A stretch of DNA of 64,000 bases from Eutreptiella sp. 'Long Island Sound 2002' (GCA_964036045.1 OZ038379.1:71114001-71178000), one strand, 5' to 3'. Counted from the first letter of the stretch, positions 51,830 through 62,810 are shown. Translations and numbers: made by a program. The notes: generated by a model not told the origin, from the letters alone.

Positions 51830-52294
51830 TCATTGTACAGGGCTTTCCAAAAATCGTTGAATGTGGCGCCGGTGGCTAGTTGACTTCTGTCCTCGGTGCC
51901 ACTGTGGTGCAGTGGCCCGAGGTGTCGCCTTGAATGACACGCGGGACGTGCTGCATCGCTGCACTACGTCCCCCTAAGTAAAACTCCCGCTATTGCTCGG
52001 TCCAGTAATCGTGGGTGTGATAAGCCGCGCCTTCATCCCATTCCATGTACTCTTGCTCCTTTGTGAATGGCCGTTAAAGGAAGTTTTGGATGAGAATGCG
52101 AATATGGGTGTCCAAGCCAACTATTTTGTCCGAAAAGAGCCTTTTTCAATGGGTTGGAATGGAGGATATGGTTTCAAAAATCCGAAAAAAATGAAATACA
52201 GGTCCCTGCGAGAAAAATCCACTCCTTTTCTACACACTGGGTGGCCATGGTGGCCGTTTAATGCCCTATTTGTATTGTGCCGTTCGGCTCTGTT

Positions 52295-52390
52295 TGCTGC
52301 GACCCTTGCGAATGCGAATTTGGGCCAAATTCGCACGAATTTCGCGCGAAGATCGCGCGAATTCGGCCCAATTTTCGCGTGCGGGCATGC
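52295..52390. repeat. TTCGCGCGAA palindrome cluster downstream of the transposase
   Basis: TTCGCGCGAA at 52341-52350. The reverse complement matches positions 2-32 over ~31 nt with few mismatches. Confidence 0.75.
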
Positions 52391-52513
52391 ACATCTTCAC
52401 CATAACAAAGCAAGGCCTCTTTGCCATGAACCGTCCAAACGTACTATGGTCGCTGTTTGCGCTGTTTGCGGCGTCTAAAACGTTGACTAAGGGTATGTAC
52501 ATAGTTGAGGTCA

Positions 52514-54254
52514 CTAAGGGCCCTCTTGCAGGGCCCGCCTAGCCAAACGTTGTACGGTCAACGGGCCTTGCCCACGCATGGACCTCTTTGTGACATCCCA
52601 CCACTCCGCACGGAGGCTGTCGTCTATGGTGTGGTTGTCAACGACAACTTGCACACCTAGGTGCCCACGCAGAAGGCTTAGGCCCCCGCTGTTCCGTAAC
52701 ATGCTCTTGAGCCTACGGTGGCTGCCTTCCATGGCGAAGCATGAAAATTTGGGAGAGGATTCCCCATTGGCAGGCAAAAAAGTACATGTGGTGAATCCAC
52801 AAATGTGACCACAACAGCTTAGGCCATAACAAGAGTAGGTGGGCTTTGCCGATCGCTATGCTACACTCACGTAACATTCCTAGATCTGCTCCGGAGAGCC
52901 AACATGTCCGCCATGCATATATACACATCTTGGCAAAATTGTCCCACCACAGCCTACAAACGTCCCCCCATGGTCTCCCCCCCACCTGCTTGTTGTTCAT
53001 TCCCCTTTCTTCAAGGCACACGGCAATGAGTGCCTCCCACCTCCGGGTGCGCATGAATTGCACAGCCGCGGCAGACTGCAACCTACCGTTGCCCTTCGCG
53101 TTGGCGCTGCCGTTGCCCTTTGCCATCCTACCTTTTGTTACCGTCTTGGCTGCCATGCCGGCAACATCTAGGATCGGTTGGAAAAAATTGCGGACAACGA
53201 CCGCCGCGGACTTGCCAATGGCAGCCGACACCGCACCCGTCATGCCGAAAAGACAACAAATAGTTATCCGCAGCACCCTGTGCAACCCGTAGTCCGGAAT
53301 GCGACGTTTGGCTGGGATGTGTCTATATATGGCACCCATGGGGGGCACAAGCTCCCACCACCCGTCAATGGTGGCTTCCAAGCCGAAGTTGGCAAGGCAG
53401 CCTGCCCGATGGCGGTCGCGAACCCAACACACCATGGCGTGTGAAGCCTCAGCTTTAAAAATTTTACAATTGGCCATTAAAATCTGTGCCTTGCCATCGG
53501 CATAGAGGAAAAAGGGTGTTTCCCGGTCAGCACCGGAAGTATCTTGGAAGACAACATTGCTAGCATCCCACAACTGTTGGTCGAAGTCAACCTCTTGAGC
53601 AGCCGCGTACAAGGTCGCCCACTCCTCACTACCGCCCAGCAGCCACCAGCTTGCTAGTTGGTCGGTTCCCTCAAGGGTACGATGCACGTACGAAGCCTCG
53701 TGCCGCGACGTGCCGTCCATTGCTAGTGGCATCCAATGCAGCCTTGGATTGCCCGGTTGTTGGACGTGGGCCGGCTCAACCGGTCGGCAGCGATACAGGT
53801 GTTGCAACCGCGCCAGTAACGGGCAGAAGGCTCCGTATAGCTCTGTGTCATTCCCCCGTCTTGGCTACAAATCCCTCCGATGCGGGCTTTGCAAGCTCTC
53901 TGCATGGTGACCCACACGTCCTCCCATGGTACGCCCTCGACTAGATGGGGTGTGAGATACTGCGCCTCTGTCCTGGACAGGTGCAACGACCGGATGCGCC
54001 ACACCGCCGCGACGGTCTTCTCCCACATGGATGGTGCGGTGGGCAGAGCACCACTCCCCCCCCCCCCCGTCTACCGGCGTGAGGACAATCTGGCCTATGT
54101 CCGGGAGGTGCTTCACCAGATACTCGGCTCCTAGTTCCCCAGAGACCACGTCCTGCAATGTCCTCAAGCGCCGGGCCCGGTGCTGCCTGGATTTGATATG
54201 GGCAAAGGCCTTCTTCCTCTTGTCGCCACCCCCACGTCCCATGACAAAAAACAC
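52514..54254 (-). mobile_element. RAG1/Transib-like DDE transposase (near-complete, frameshifted)
   Basis: LAMDG (D at 53715-53717), GGSEEW, LYADGK, PDYGLH, WSHLWIHH (H-x4-H), then G at +9 and, after a frameshift, FSCFAMEGSH with E at +20 from the second His. This matches RAG1 H937/H942/G951/E962 spacing. Confidence 0.7.
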
Positions 54255-54359
54255 TGACGATAGGCAATAGGCAATGCATGTCCCCCCATCCCCTCACCCG
54301 CGTCGCCGCCGACGCTGTCACCTGCCTCAGCTGCCCCTCCGGCACCCCTGCCCTACCCT

Positions 54360-56336
54360 TCACCCAACAACCCATTCCCCAATGCCCTCCACGCAGCCGG
54401 TATGCGTAGAGGGCAATAATCGTCTCCCCCTCCTTCTACCCTCCCCCGGGGTTGGGGAACGTGATGGCACAAGGGAAGGACATTTCGAGGGGCGGCTCCT
54501 GCGCCCCATCCTGCGTCTGGACCTCGACCTCCCAGGTCGTCGCCATGAACCCCTCCCTTGCCCGCTTCTGTCCAGGGAGGTCGAGCTTGCATGCGAACGG
54601 GGGCTAGCACCGCACCATGGAGAGGGAGCTGATGGGGGTTAGGTCGGCGGGGTAGGCCGTGGCCCCCGTCCCGCCACGGGGTGTGCGACGACCACGGGGT
54701 TGGAGGTGTGGGGTGCAGGGGGGGGCTCCGGGAATGGCCGCCGCGGCGTCTGCGGGAGCTCCACCTCGAGGGGGCTGAAGATGTCGTCCACCATTTCCCG
54801 GGTGGCCACCCCAACCGGAGGCTCCAATCCAACCCCCAACACCAACAGTTGCCCAAAAATGGGCAGGTCCTCCCTGCCCTCCCCGTCCAGCAGGCCGAGG
54901 CAATCTTTAAGCTCCAGGGGGAGGTGGGGGTCGAGATGCGTTGTATTCGGCTTAACCCACGAATGACGTTGATCGGGGGTCCACTGTGTGAACAGTGCCC
55001 CATGCATTTCTTGCCGGGGTGGGAGGGGAGCCCGTGGTGCCGGGCAGTGCTGACCAAGACGAGGACCTCCCCCTGTTGGAGGAGGACCTCGTCCCACCTC
55101 TCCTCAATGGCCTCCCCCAACGCCGTTCCCGCCTGGACCTTTATGCGGTACTGGGCGGAGAGGGCCACGAAGGTCGAGATGCGGCAGCTCGAGGGGCTGC
55201 GGTCACGGGGGGGTAGCATGTTTGGGGCAGTCGAAACATCCGTGTGGGGGAACTGGTCCCCCGACTCAGCGCCCGACACGATGATGCAACAAGGCATGTC
55301 AAACAAGTCTTCCAACGGATCTGGCACACGGTCGTTGATGCTGTTAATATATTTTTTAACATGGGCACTTGCCGTTCCCCAAGTCTTGGTGGGCTTGGCC
55401 TGGTACTGCGGGGGGAGGGTGGGGTCCTTCCTCGACTCCTCCACTGGTCCCACATTGAACACCGGGTCAAAATATTGACGAACTTGGTTCCCTGCCGCCC
55501 AAATTTTCACCACCCGCCCCTAGGTGGTCTTGCAGTCCTCCGCGACAAGAATATCGCGGTGAACGAGGTAGCCCAGGCGGTCCACAAAGTTACGAACCAT
55601 CGGGGGGGCTGGGTGGTAGGCCAAAACGGAGGGGTTGGCGGTGCCATACGAGGGGGCGTCCTGCAGGGGTGCCCTGCGCCAGGGGGGCTCGGGCGTAATG
55701 AAGGGGGGGGGGGGTCCGCGATTCCCCAATACGAACTGAGCCCCTTCATCCTATGGAGAGTGGGCAGAGTGCTATCGGGGATGTGGTTGAGAGGGGGCAC
55801 AGTCGGGTGGCTAGACAAGATGCTCAGATCGTCCCACCACTGGGCCTGCACTGCCTGCCATTCAAAAGAAGATTTAGAGTGGTAAGCTTGCGGCTCACCG
55901 GCAGGAAAGTAGTTATTGATGGCAATCATGTCAGTCCGCATGCGGCAGTAGACGAGGCCAGTGGTGGGGCGGATGGCACAGAGGCCAGGCTTGGCTTTGC
56001 CCACGGTGTGTGTGGCCATGATACCCAAAAGGCTGTCCACAGCTGAACCGGCGGGAATGAGCCGGACGGCCCGCAACCCTGGGAGGGCCGCCTGCAACTC
56101 CCGAAAAAGGTGAGTGGTCCAACTTTTTTCCCAAACCATCCCGCCCTTTCGGGTGTTCGCATGTCAACATGAATCAACTGGGGGGGAGTGGCCAACCCCT
56201 TCGCCCACCCCACCACGTCCTACACTGCCAGGCCCCCCGTGTACGTGGCCTCCTCCAATGTGCCCGAGCGAAGGGGGATGCCCTGGTAGTGGCCCAGGGT
56301 GCCATCGGACGGGTTGGGGAAGGAGAGTGACCCAAT
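54360..56336 (-). pseudogene. 2OG-Fe(II) dioxygenase-domain gene, copy 3 (most complete)
   Basis: FVDRLGYLVHRDIL...WAAGNQVRQ...GDQFPHTD (55238-55249)...ISTFVAL...QQGEVLVLV..RHHG (55031-55039). N-terminal EEVVGW...QLIHVDMRTPE...LLFRELQ..LRAVRL region. Some stops and frameshifts. Confidence 0.7.
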
Positions 56337-56690
56337 CTGGGAAAGGGGATGCGACTATTGAGGGGAAATTTGCACAAAGAAAGCGAAGGTGAGGTCCGAA
56401 CAAAAGAGATACGACAAGAAAAGCATGCTCATGCAAAAATCAATGGATATTCGGGCAAAGTTCGCGCCAATGTGAATGCGGATACAGATGCGAATACAAT
56501 TGCGCACGAGGTTGCGAATTCGAACGCGAATTCGTTTTTTTTTGTGAATTTAAGCTACATTATGACCGATTCAAGCTACAATTCACGTCGCTTGATTTTT
56601 ATGAATTTCTGGCAACGTACGCATAGCAAACGGGCACACAGACAAGGCACCACGGGCAAAACGGGCAAGAAATCAACAAAGTGAGCGTAC

Positions 56691-57150
56691 TCATTCGAAA
56701 GTTGTGTTCGCAGTGGGTACAAGCATCGCGGAACTGCCACGGGGGTTGTTTGTACGTGCTATACATCACGGGGTACATCCTCCTAAGCTCGGACAGGGTG
56801 GTCACTTGCTTGGGCAGGACACAAGGGCAATACTGGCCCTTGTCGGGGCGAGGCACACCCGATTCCAATTTGGCATCCAACCACTTATTCGTTGAATTGG
56901 GCTCCACGTCAGGCCTCAAGTGGGCAAGGGCAGCCATGGTGGCCGCTGCCCATACTCCCCGTGTGCGAGCGGCGGCCCGCAAAACCGGCCGCTCGTTCAA
57001 GCGGCTCATCATACCCCGTAGGGCTGTGGAGCGCGTGGGGGCGGCCCTAGGGAAGTACTCCGGCACAAGCTTCCCATAGGGCAGCCAATATGTGTGCTGC
57101 TCCCCCTTGCAATGGACATTAGTGACAGCCTTGGTAGCAAGGCCCATCAA
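56691..57150 (-). CDS. Upstream ORF/exon A, copy 3
   Basis: Open frame MMGLATKAV...YCPCVLP...CTHCEHNFRM, followed by a GTACGC donor-like site. Confidence 0.5.
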
Positions 57151-57593
57151 AAAGGCAAAACTTTGTCAACTTTGTCAACGGCTATGTTGTGTTCCCGCCA
57201 CCCCGCGTCGAAACCGTACGGGGCTCAGGCTTGGGGCGGGGCGTCTGAGGATGCAAAAGCCATGGTAACATAATCTGAAATTGACACACACAAAAGAAGA
57301 AAAAATTGTTGATGGTGCCCGAAACACCAGCGAGCACCTTTCGTGGAACAATGAGAGCAAAGCTCCCGTGGGTCAGACCAATGTCACCAACGATTAAACC
57401 ATAGCAAACATGCAATCAAAAATTATCGGACACCAAGCTGGAACTTACAAAGCGGGGGAGGAGATTATAGCTCACCACCAGTTGCGAGTCATTTTGACGA
57501 GACACACACACCTTCAAATCGGATGGCCATGAACAACACACTCGCATGGGACTACTCTACCACCTCCCAGAGCTATTCGGGGTTTGGGCTGCC

Positions 57594-58444
57594 TACCCTG
57601 ACTCCTTTTACCCGCATCACAGCGAAATTACCAAGCCCTTCGTGCACTCCGATCACGTGTCACACCTGCTAGACTTCGAAGAACGATGAGGATAGACCGA
57701 GACCTAATTCGATGGAGAAGCCTATTCACCATCAGTGATCTTCACAACCAGCCTTAAACAAACGCCCGCCACAAGTGACGGCACCTCCCACATGCCACCC
57801 TAGGTATCCGACCAAGCTTTGCTGTGCACCAAAGGAATTGCTCGGAATGGTAGAAAGAGTATGCACTCGGCTAGCCGTGCTGTGTGACTGCCTCACTCAT
57901 CATACGAAGGGCAGCAGCGCCACGTATCAACTGTTGCCATAAGACGACATGCAATAAGGGGAATGCCGATGGAATGGTGCCGAATCCGGGCATGGACATA
58001 AAGACCATAGGTCCAACACACCACATAGAGGGACGGGAGAGACACCGCCCCCACACGTGCGTGCCACACCTACGGCCACCATGCATAGTGTGATGGCCTA
58101 TACCCGTCTAGCACTTACCCCCAAAGCCCACAAAAATGGCATAAACAAACCCCCTAGATGGCAGCCCCTGCAACACTCCGAGAGCGGCACCAGGGGGGGG
58201 GGGGAGAAAAACATCTCCCGCAGGAGGCGGAATTTCACATGGTAAGGGGGGGCACAAGTGTCGCGGTTCAAAGAAATTGGCGCAAAAGTTGAAAAAAAAA
58301 AAGGCAGTGGTGGGTGGCAAGAGTTTACGTTGAAAAAAAACGTTTGCAACGTGTGCTTGGACATCGTCCCGTTGCGGGTGGCCCTAGCTATTCTTTCTTT
58401 TTTGGGGGCAAAGCATGGGGGTCATCGTTTCACAATGGCTTACC
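57594..58444. repeat. ~850-bp segment, inverted relative to 50987-51829
   Basis: Begins TACCCTGACTCC and ends CACAATGGCTTACC. Carries the AACCGCGACACTTGT module as reverse complement at 58254-58268. Confidence 0.9.
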
Positions 58445-58930
58445 TGTATAAGCGCCGCGGCGAATCCGTGAGGGCTATACACCCCTCAAGGATTCACCGC
58501 CGCTGGCCTACTGCGATGCAAAAGCGCTGCGGTGAATCCCTAAGGGATCTACACCCCTGAGGGACTCAGAACAGGTGGCGTCCCTGCAATGCATAAGCGC
58601 TACGGTGCATCCGTGAGGGGTCTACACCGCTCCAAGGAATCACCGCGGCACGTCTACTGTGATGTATAAGCGTTGCCTTGAACCCTTGAGGAGTGTACAC
58701 ACCTCAAGGATTCCCTGCAGCCTTGCGATGTATAAGCCCTGCGGTGAATTCTTGAGGGGTCTACAACCCTCAAGGAATCACCGCAGTTGGTGCACAGCGA
58801 TGTATAAGCGCTTGGTTGAATCCTTGAGGTGTCTATACCCCTCAACGATTTACCGCAGCAGGTCTAGTGTGATGTATAAGGCCTGTGATGAATCCTTGAG
58901 GGGTCTACACCCCTCACGGATTCACCGCAC
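58445..58930. repeat. Sister subfamily of the 72-bp hairpin satellite (~7 units)
   Basis: GCGGTGAATCCTTGAGGGG-TCTACA-CCCCTCAAGGATTCACCGC stems with a different linker (..GTGATGTATAAGCG..), ~72-bp period. Confidence 0.85.
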
Positions 58931-59399
58931 ACCTCTACCGCTACTATTTCCATATTATTCTTGACAATCTCCCTGGTGACGCCTATGCCCTGGGACCATG
59001 GTTCCAGAAATGGATTTAAGTTGTTTTGATCACATGCGTGAAGATGCGTGCGGGGTCATCCCACATAAAATCTTGTGGTGCAGGCTTAGTTGCACGTGAC
59101 TTTCTTGGCTGTTTGAGCCTGATGCAGCCCATTCCCGTTTGTGTCTGTGGGTGGGGACCGGACCGGCAAATCAGTGGACTGCGGCTGTTTGGCTGCGGCC
59201 TTCCTACTCTGCCAATGCCACCGCCGGCATTGCCAATCTTTGTTTGGGGTTGGTAACTCAGGTTCTAGCTCGAGTGGACGAAAATGGGACTACATCTGCC
59301 ATTGTCGGCCCGCACCGTGTGGCGTTCCCGCGCCTTACAAACTTGTATAGAGCGTGTACACTATAAATGATGTCGCGCAGCAATCGATTCCCCCTACAG

Positions 59400-59530
59400 C
59401 CTCCCATTAGGGTTAGGGGCCCCTACCGAGCGAGGGTTGGGTTCTTTGGGGGCCAAAACCATAATTCGAGGCTGCAGGGGATCAATTTATGCAGGAAATC
59501 ATTAGATTGAGTTATCCTAACCCTAACACC
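59400..59530. repeat. Short telomere-like remnants
   Basis: TTAGGGTTAGGG at ~59408 and CCTAACCCTAAC at ~59516. Confidence 0.4.
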
Positions 59531-60409
59531 TGTTACATTCAGATTGGCATCTCAGTAAGAGTCTGCACACACTTACTCAACCTTCGGCTAGGCCGAATGT
59601 GGCAGACGCCATGTCACGAAAGTTGGATTTCAGACCACTAATGTGGACAGTTTTGAGCCCCGAATAGTGTTGTGAACTCGAATTTTTGCAACAGTGCACG
59701 AATCACTGTTCGGCAGCACCGATCATCGTTTTGCGATCAAGCTATGAGATACACAAGTTTTGATTTCATATTCTCGTTTAGCGTCAAAAACTACCTACAT
59801 TGACCTCTATGTCTATCAAAATTCCAGCCGGTACGCCAAAGGCATGACTTTTTGGGGTTCCAATAGAGTTGGCTCAGTTTGGCCATTTTGGTCGGTTTCG
59901 CCGGCCTACTCAAGCATGACCACCAGAATCTGGCAATGAACAAAGTTTCCGTTCCGGTGCCATTTTTCAGTGCGATATCCGAGAATAAAAATTGCACTGG
60001 AACTGAAACTAAATGAATGGAAAGTTGAGTTTGATAAAAAATGAATGATTCCTAAGAAGTAAGCTTCCAAGCCCCCAGGAATAGAGGGAAATTGGTGAAA
60101 CCAAAGTCGGAGAAGCCGATGTTTCCGGCCGACGGACCATTTGAATCATGGGGGAGGGGGGGGGGTACAAAGCAAACAATGAACTTCCTATCACCTATCT
60201 AAAATCAATCACGGCGTTTACGAGGTAATAGCTTTTTTGGTGTCGCGCGACAGGCGTTGATGGAAAAGGGTCCTGACTTTGAATGCACATTTCTTGCCAT
60301 AAGAAAATGATGATTGCGCTTAAGCCGTGAAATTCCTTTTTTATTCTATTCTGTTTAATTGAAAATTCAAGCTGCAGCTACATGCATCCACGATTTGACT
60401 GTGCTGAAC

Positions 60410-60590
60410 AACCCTTATGGCGCCCTTGTTGCACCCTTGTTCCGCCCTTGTTGCACCCCTTGCTGCACCCCTTATCGCGCGATAATACCCCTAATTGCGC
60501 CCTTATCGCGCACTCCTACGCGCGATAAACCCCTTAATGTGCCCCTTGTGGCGCCCCCTTATCGCGCCGCTTTTTTGTTGCATTTGTTGC
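60410..60590. repeat. GCCCCTTATCGC-type minisatellite
   Basis: Repeated (gc)cccttatcgcgc / gcacccttgtt motifs. A related tract lies at 62690-62810. Confidence 0.7.
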
Positions 60591-60619
60591 TTCCCATTGC
60601 ACTTTTCGCTCCTCCTTTG

Positions 60620-62400
60620 TTGGGAGACCTCTATTCGGAGCCGTGGGGACTTGCGGCCATGAAGGCTTTGGGTGCAGCTGGGGTTTGCATTGGGGATTCG
60701 GTAGAAGAACACAAACATGTTTCGGGGACACAAAGGGGCGTAGGCCCAGGGTTGGTGTTGCAAGCTGTAAGCATCAGTGCCTCGAATAAGTCTCTGACCT
60801 TTGATGTATCCACTACTTTTGCCCACACTTGTTTGTCCCGGCCATTTTTTGGGGCGCTCACCGGTTGATTTTTGAGTGACATGATTTACCCCATCATGGA
60901 AGACAATCCCAACCTATTGGGTTGCATTAGAATTTGTTGGGGCCGACGCGGATGCACTCTGCAGTGTGTTTCATAAGAAGGTTAGCCCGAAGGTCGGAAC
61001 ACGGATCACCAATTTCATCACACCCCTTTCCACCGAGCTTGATGAAAACGGGAAGAGAAAGGATGGTTGTCAATTCTCTTCCCAAAGGGTGAAAAAAAGA
61101 TGATATGTTGGTGTGATTCACCACGAGCGTGTTTTCGAAGTTGCTGACTGCTCCTCTCTGTTGCTTGTGTTTTCTTTGCCGTCCAACGGCTCGCTAGGGT
61201 GGGCTGATGCTTAATATAGTTTTACCACCGCGTTTCTGTGCACTGCTTGCTCTGTTGTTTGTTGGCCAATGCACAGTGAAGACCCCCTTATAGGTTCAGG
61301 TGATGAACCCATTGACGCATCTAATTGGGAGGAATTTAAATAATCCCTCTCAGATCTCGTGCGCATGGAGCATTGTGTTTTGCGTTCTCCATTGGGTGCC
61401 CAACTTTTCAACTTGCAAAGTGAGGTGGCTAAGGTTGACCCGTTGCAGGGGGTACCTATTCTTAATGAAAAGTTTCCTTCAATTGGAAGGAAGTTTGATT
61501 CTTATCATCCTGTGCAATTTTTTGGCAAACACAAAGCATCCCAATTGCTGAGTGAGCTGAGGAACATGCTTGCTTCCCTCAACTTGAGAGAGTCACCACC
61601 GATTTGTACCAGGACATTGTGACAAGAACAGGGCTCCCATTTCAAATTGAGATTGTTGCCTATGTTGGTGCCCTTGGTGCTGCACAACATTGGCATAGGG
61701 ATTTTCCACGCAAAGTGGTACCCAACGGACATCATGCATTTGGAGTTTTTTTCTCGTGAATTATCCACGTCATGGAAACAAGTGCGTACATGGTTCCTTT
61801 GTGGGTTTTCTGGTTCTTTGGGTTGTCCGAGACATGGAGGCTGCTCTTGGGGATGTCTTTGCGTTGAATGTGTGCTCCATTCACCTCGGTGGTGGTGTGC
61901 CAATGGGTGATCCTCCGGTTGATGAAATCTCACAGAAGAGGAACATACGGTGGCTGGGTTTCATGCTACTCGCTACCACTCCTGTCCCCAAATAAGTCAC
62001 GGAGTGCAATACCCCATCATTTTGGGCAGAGGACCCTTCCACGATTCTTGAGGCACTTGAACTTGCCCATCATGTTATCAAGTCATGTAGGAAATGACCC
62101 AACTCCATTTGCTATGGTTGTAAGAACAAAATCTTCTGCACCACCCACAGGACCCATTTGTGCATATCATGTGATGCCCCTGTGGCTGCCCGTGTGGCTC
62201 CCCTTGATGTGCCATCTTCCACTGCTGTTTTTGCTGCTTCAAGAGTCACTAATGGCACTAATGGCACACTTCTTATTGATTTTCCACTGACTTGTTTCTT
62301 TCTTGTTAACACTTCCAACGTTCATTTCATGTGGCTCCCAAAGAGGCCGAGGATGCACAAGCGAGGTGATGCCATGGAACGTCCCAACCCCCCATCCGTA
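60620..62400 (+). pseudogene. Second, distinct PhyH-like 2OG-Fe(II) dioxygenase gene with a Cys-rich C-terminus
   Basis: Across two frameshifts: EEFK*SLSDLVRMEHCVLR...GRKFD...AAQHWHRDFP (61685-61702)...HAFGVFF...CVHGSF...LGDVFALNVCSIHLGGG...RWLGF. Then ICYGCKNKIFCTTHRTHLCISC. Confidence 0.6.
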
Positions 62401-62689
62401 CCTCCTCCGCATGGATGATGGCAGTGCGTTGGTGCTGCCCCACGGGAGGTGGGGGGGGTTTGCGGGGTGAGTGGTAACAAGAAAGTGGAGGTTTTTGGAT
62501 GGCACATGGTCCCCACAAATCACACAATGGTGCATATGTCGATCTTGCTGCGTGTAGGCGCCACCATGCAAGCGGTTGACAAGGCAGGGGGGCCGGTGGA
62601 GGACACGTACCGGTGCATTTGCCAACGGGTTCTTGCTTTGATTCTTGGGATGTTGTGTTTTGCAATGTGCAACAAGGGGCACCACACGG

Positions 62690-62810
62690 TACCTTGTTAC
62701 GCCCCTTAACGCACGATAAAGGGGCGCGACAAGGTACCTTATCGCGCCCCTTATCACGCATCAGGGGCGCCATAAGGTACGCTGTTGCACCCCTTCTTGC
62801 GCCCCACCTT
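62690..62810. repeat. GCCCCTTATCGC-type minisatellite
   Basis: taccttatcgcgccccttatcacgc and its complementary gataaaggggcgcg / aggggcgcc arms. Confidence 0.65.

Noticed and set aside
51900-51906. CACTGTG (RSS heptamer) near the RAG1-like transposase
   Set aside because: It is a single 7-mer in the wrong orientation for the left end of that element, and no partner end or nonamer was found.
52075-52110. TTAA-AGG end of a Kolobok or piggyBac element
   Set aside because: No matching inverted end was found in the window and the transposase motifs do not fit those families.
54353-55513. The 386-aa ORF as an intact protein
   Set aside because: Only its first ~170 aa are in the dioxygenase frame. 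After HHG a frameshift relative to copy 1 puts the remainder out of frame.
54360-56336. Assigning the dioxygenase to TET/JBP or AlkB specifically
   Set aside because: Only generic Q.PHxD...H and a PhyH-like GY.V N-terminus are visible. Family-specific residues, including the terminal Arg, are not.
50987-58444. The two ~845-bp inverted segments as long TIRs of one transposon
   Set aside because: The same internal junction (GGGCTGCC) abuts the outer end of one and the inner end of the other, which fits tandem duplication plus inversion better.
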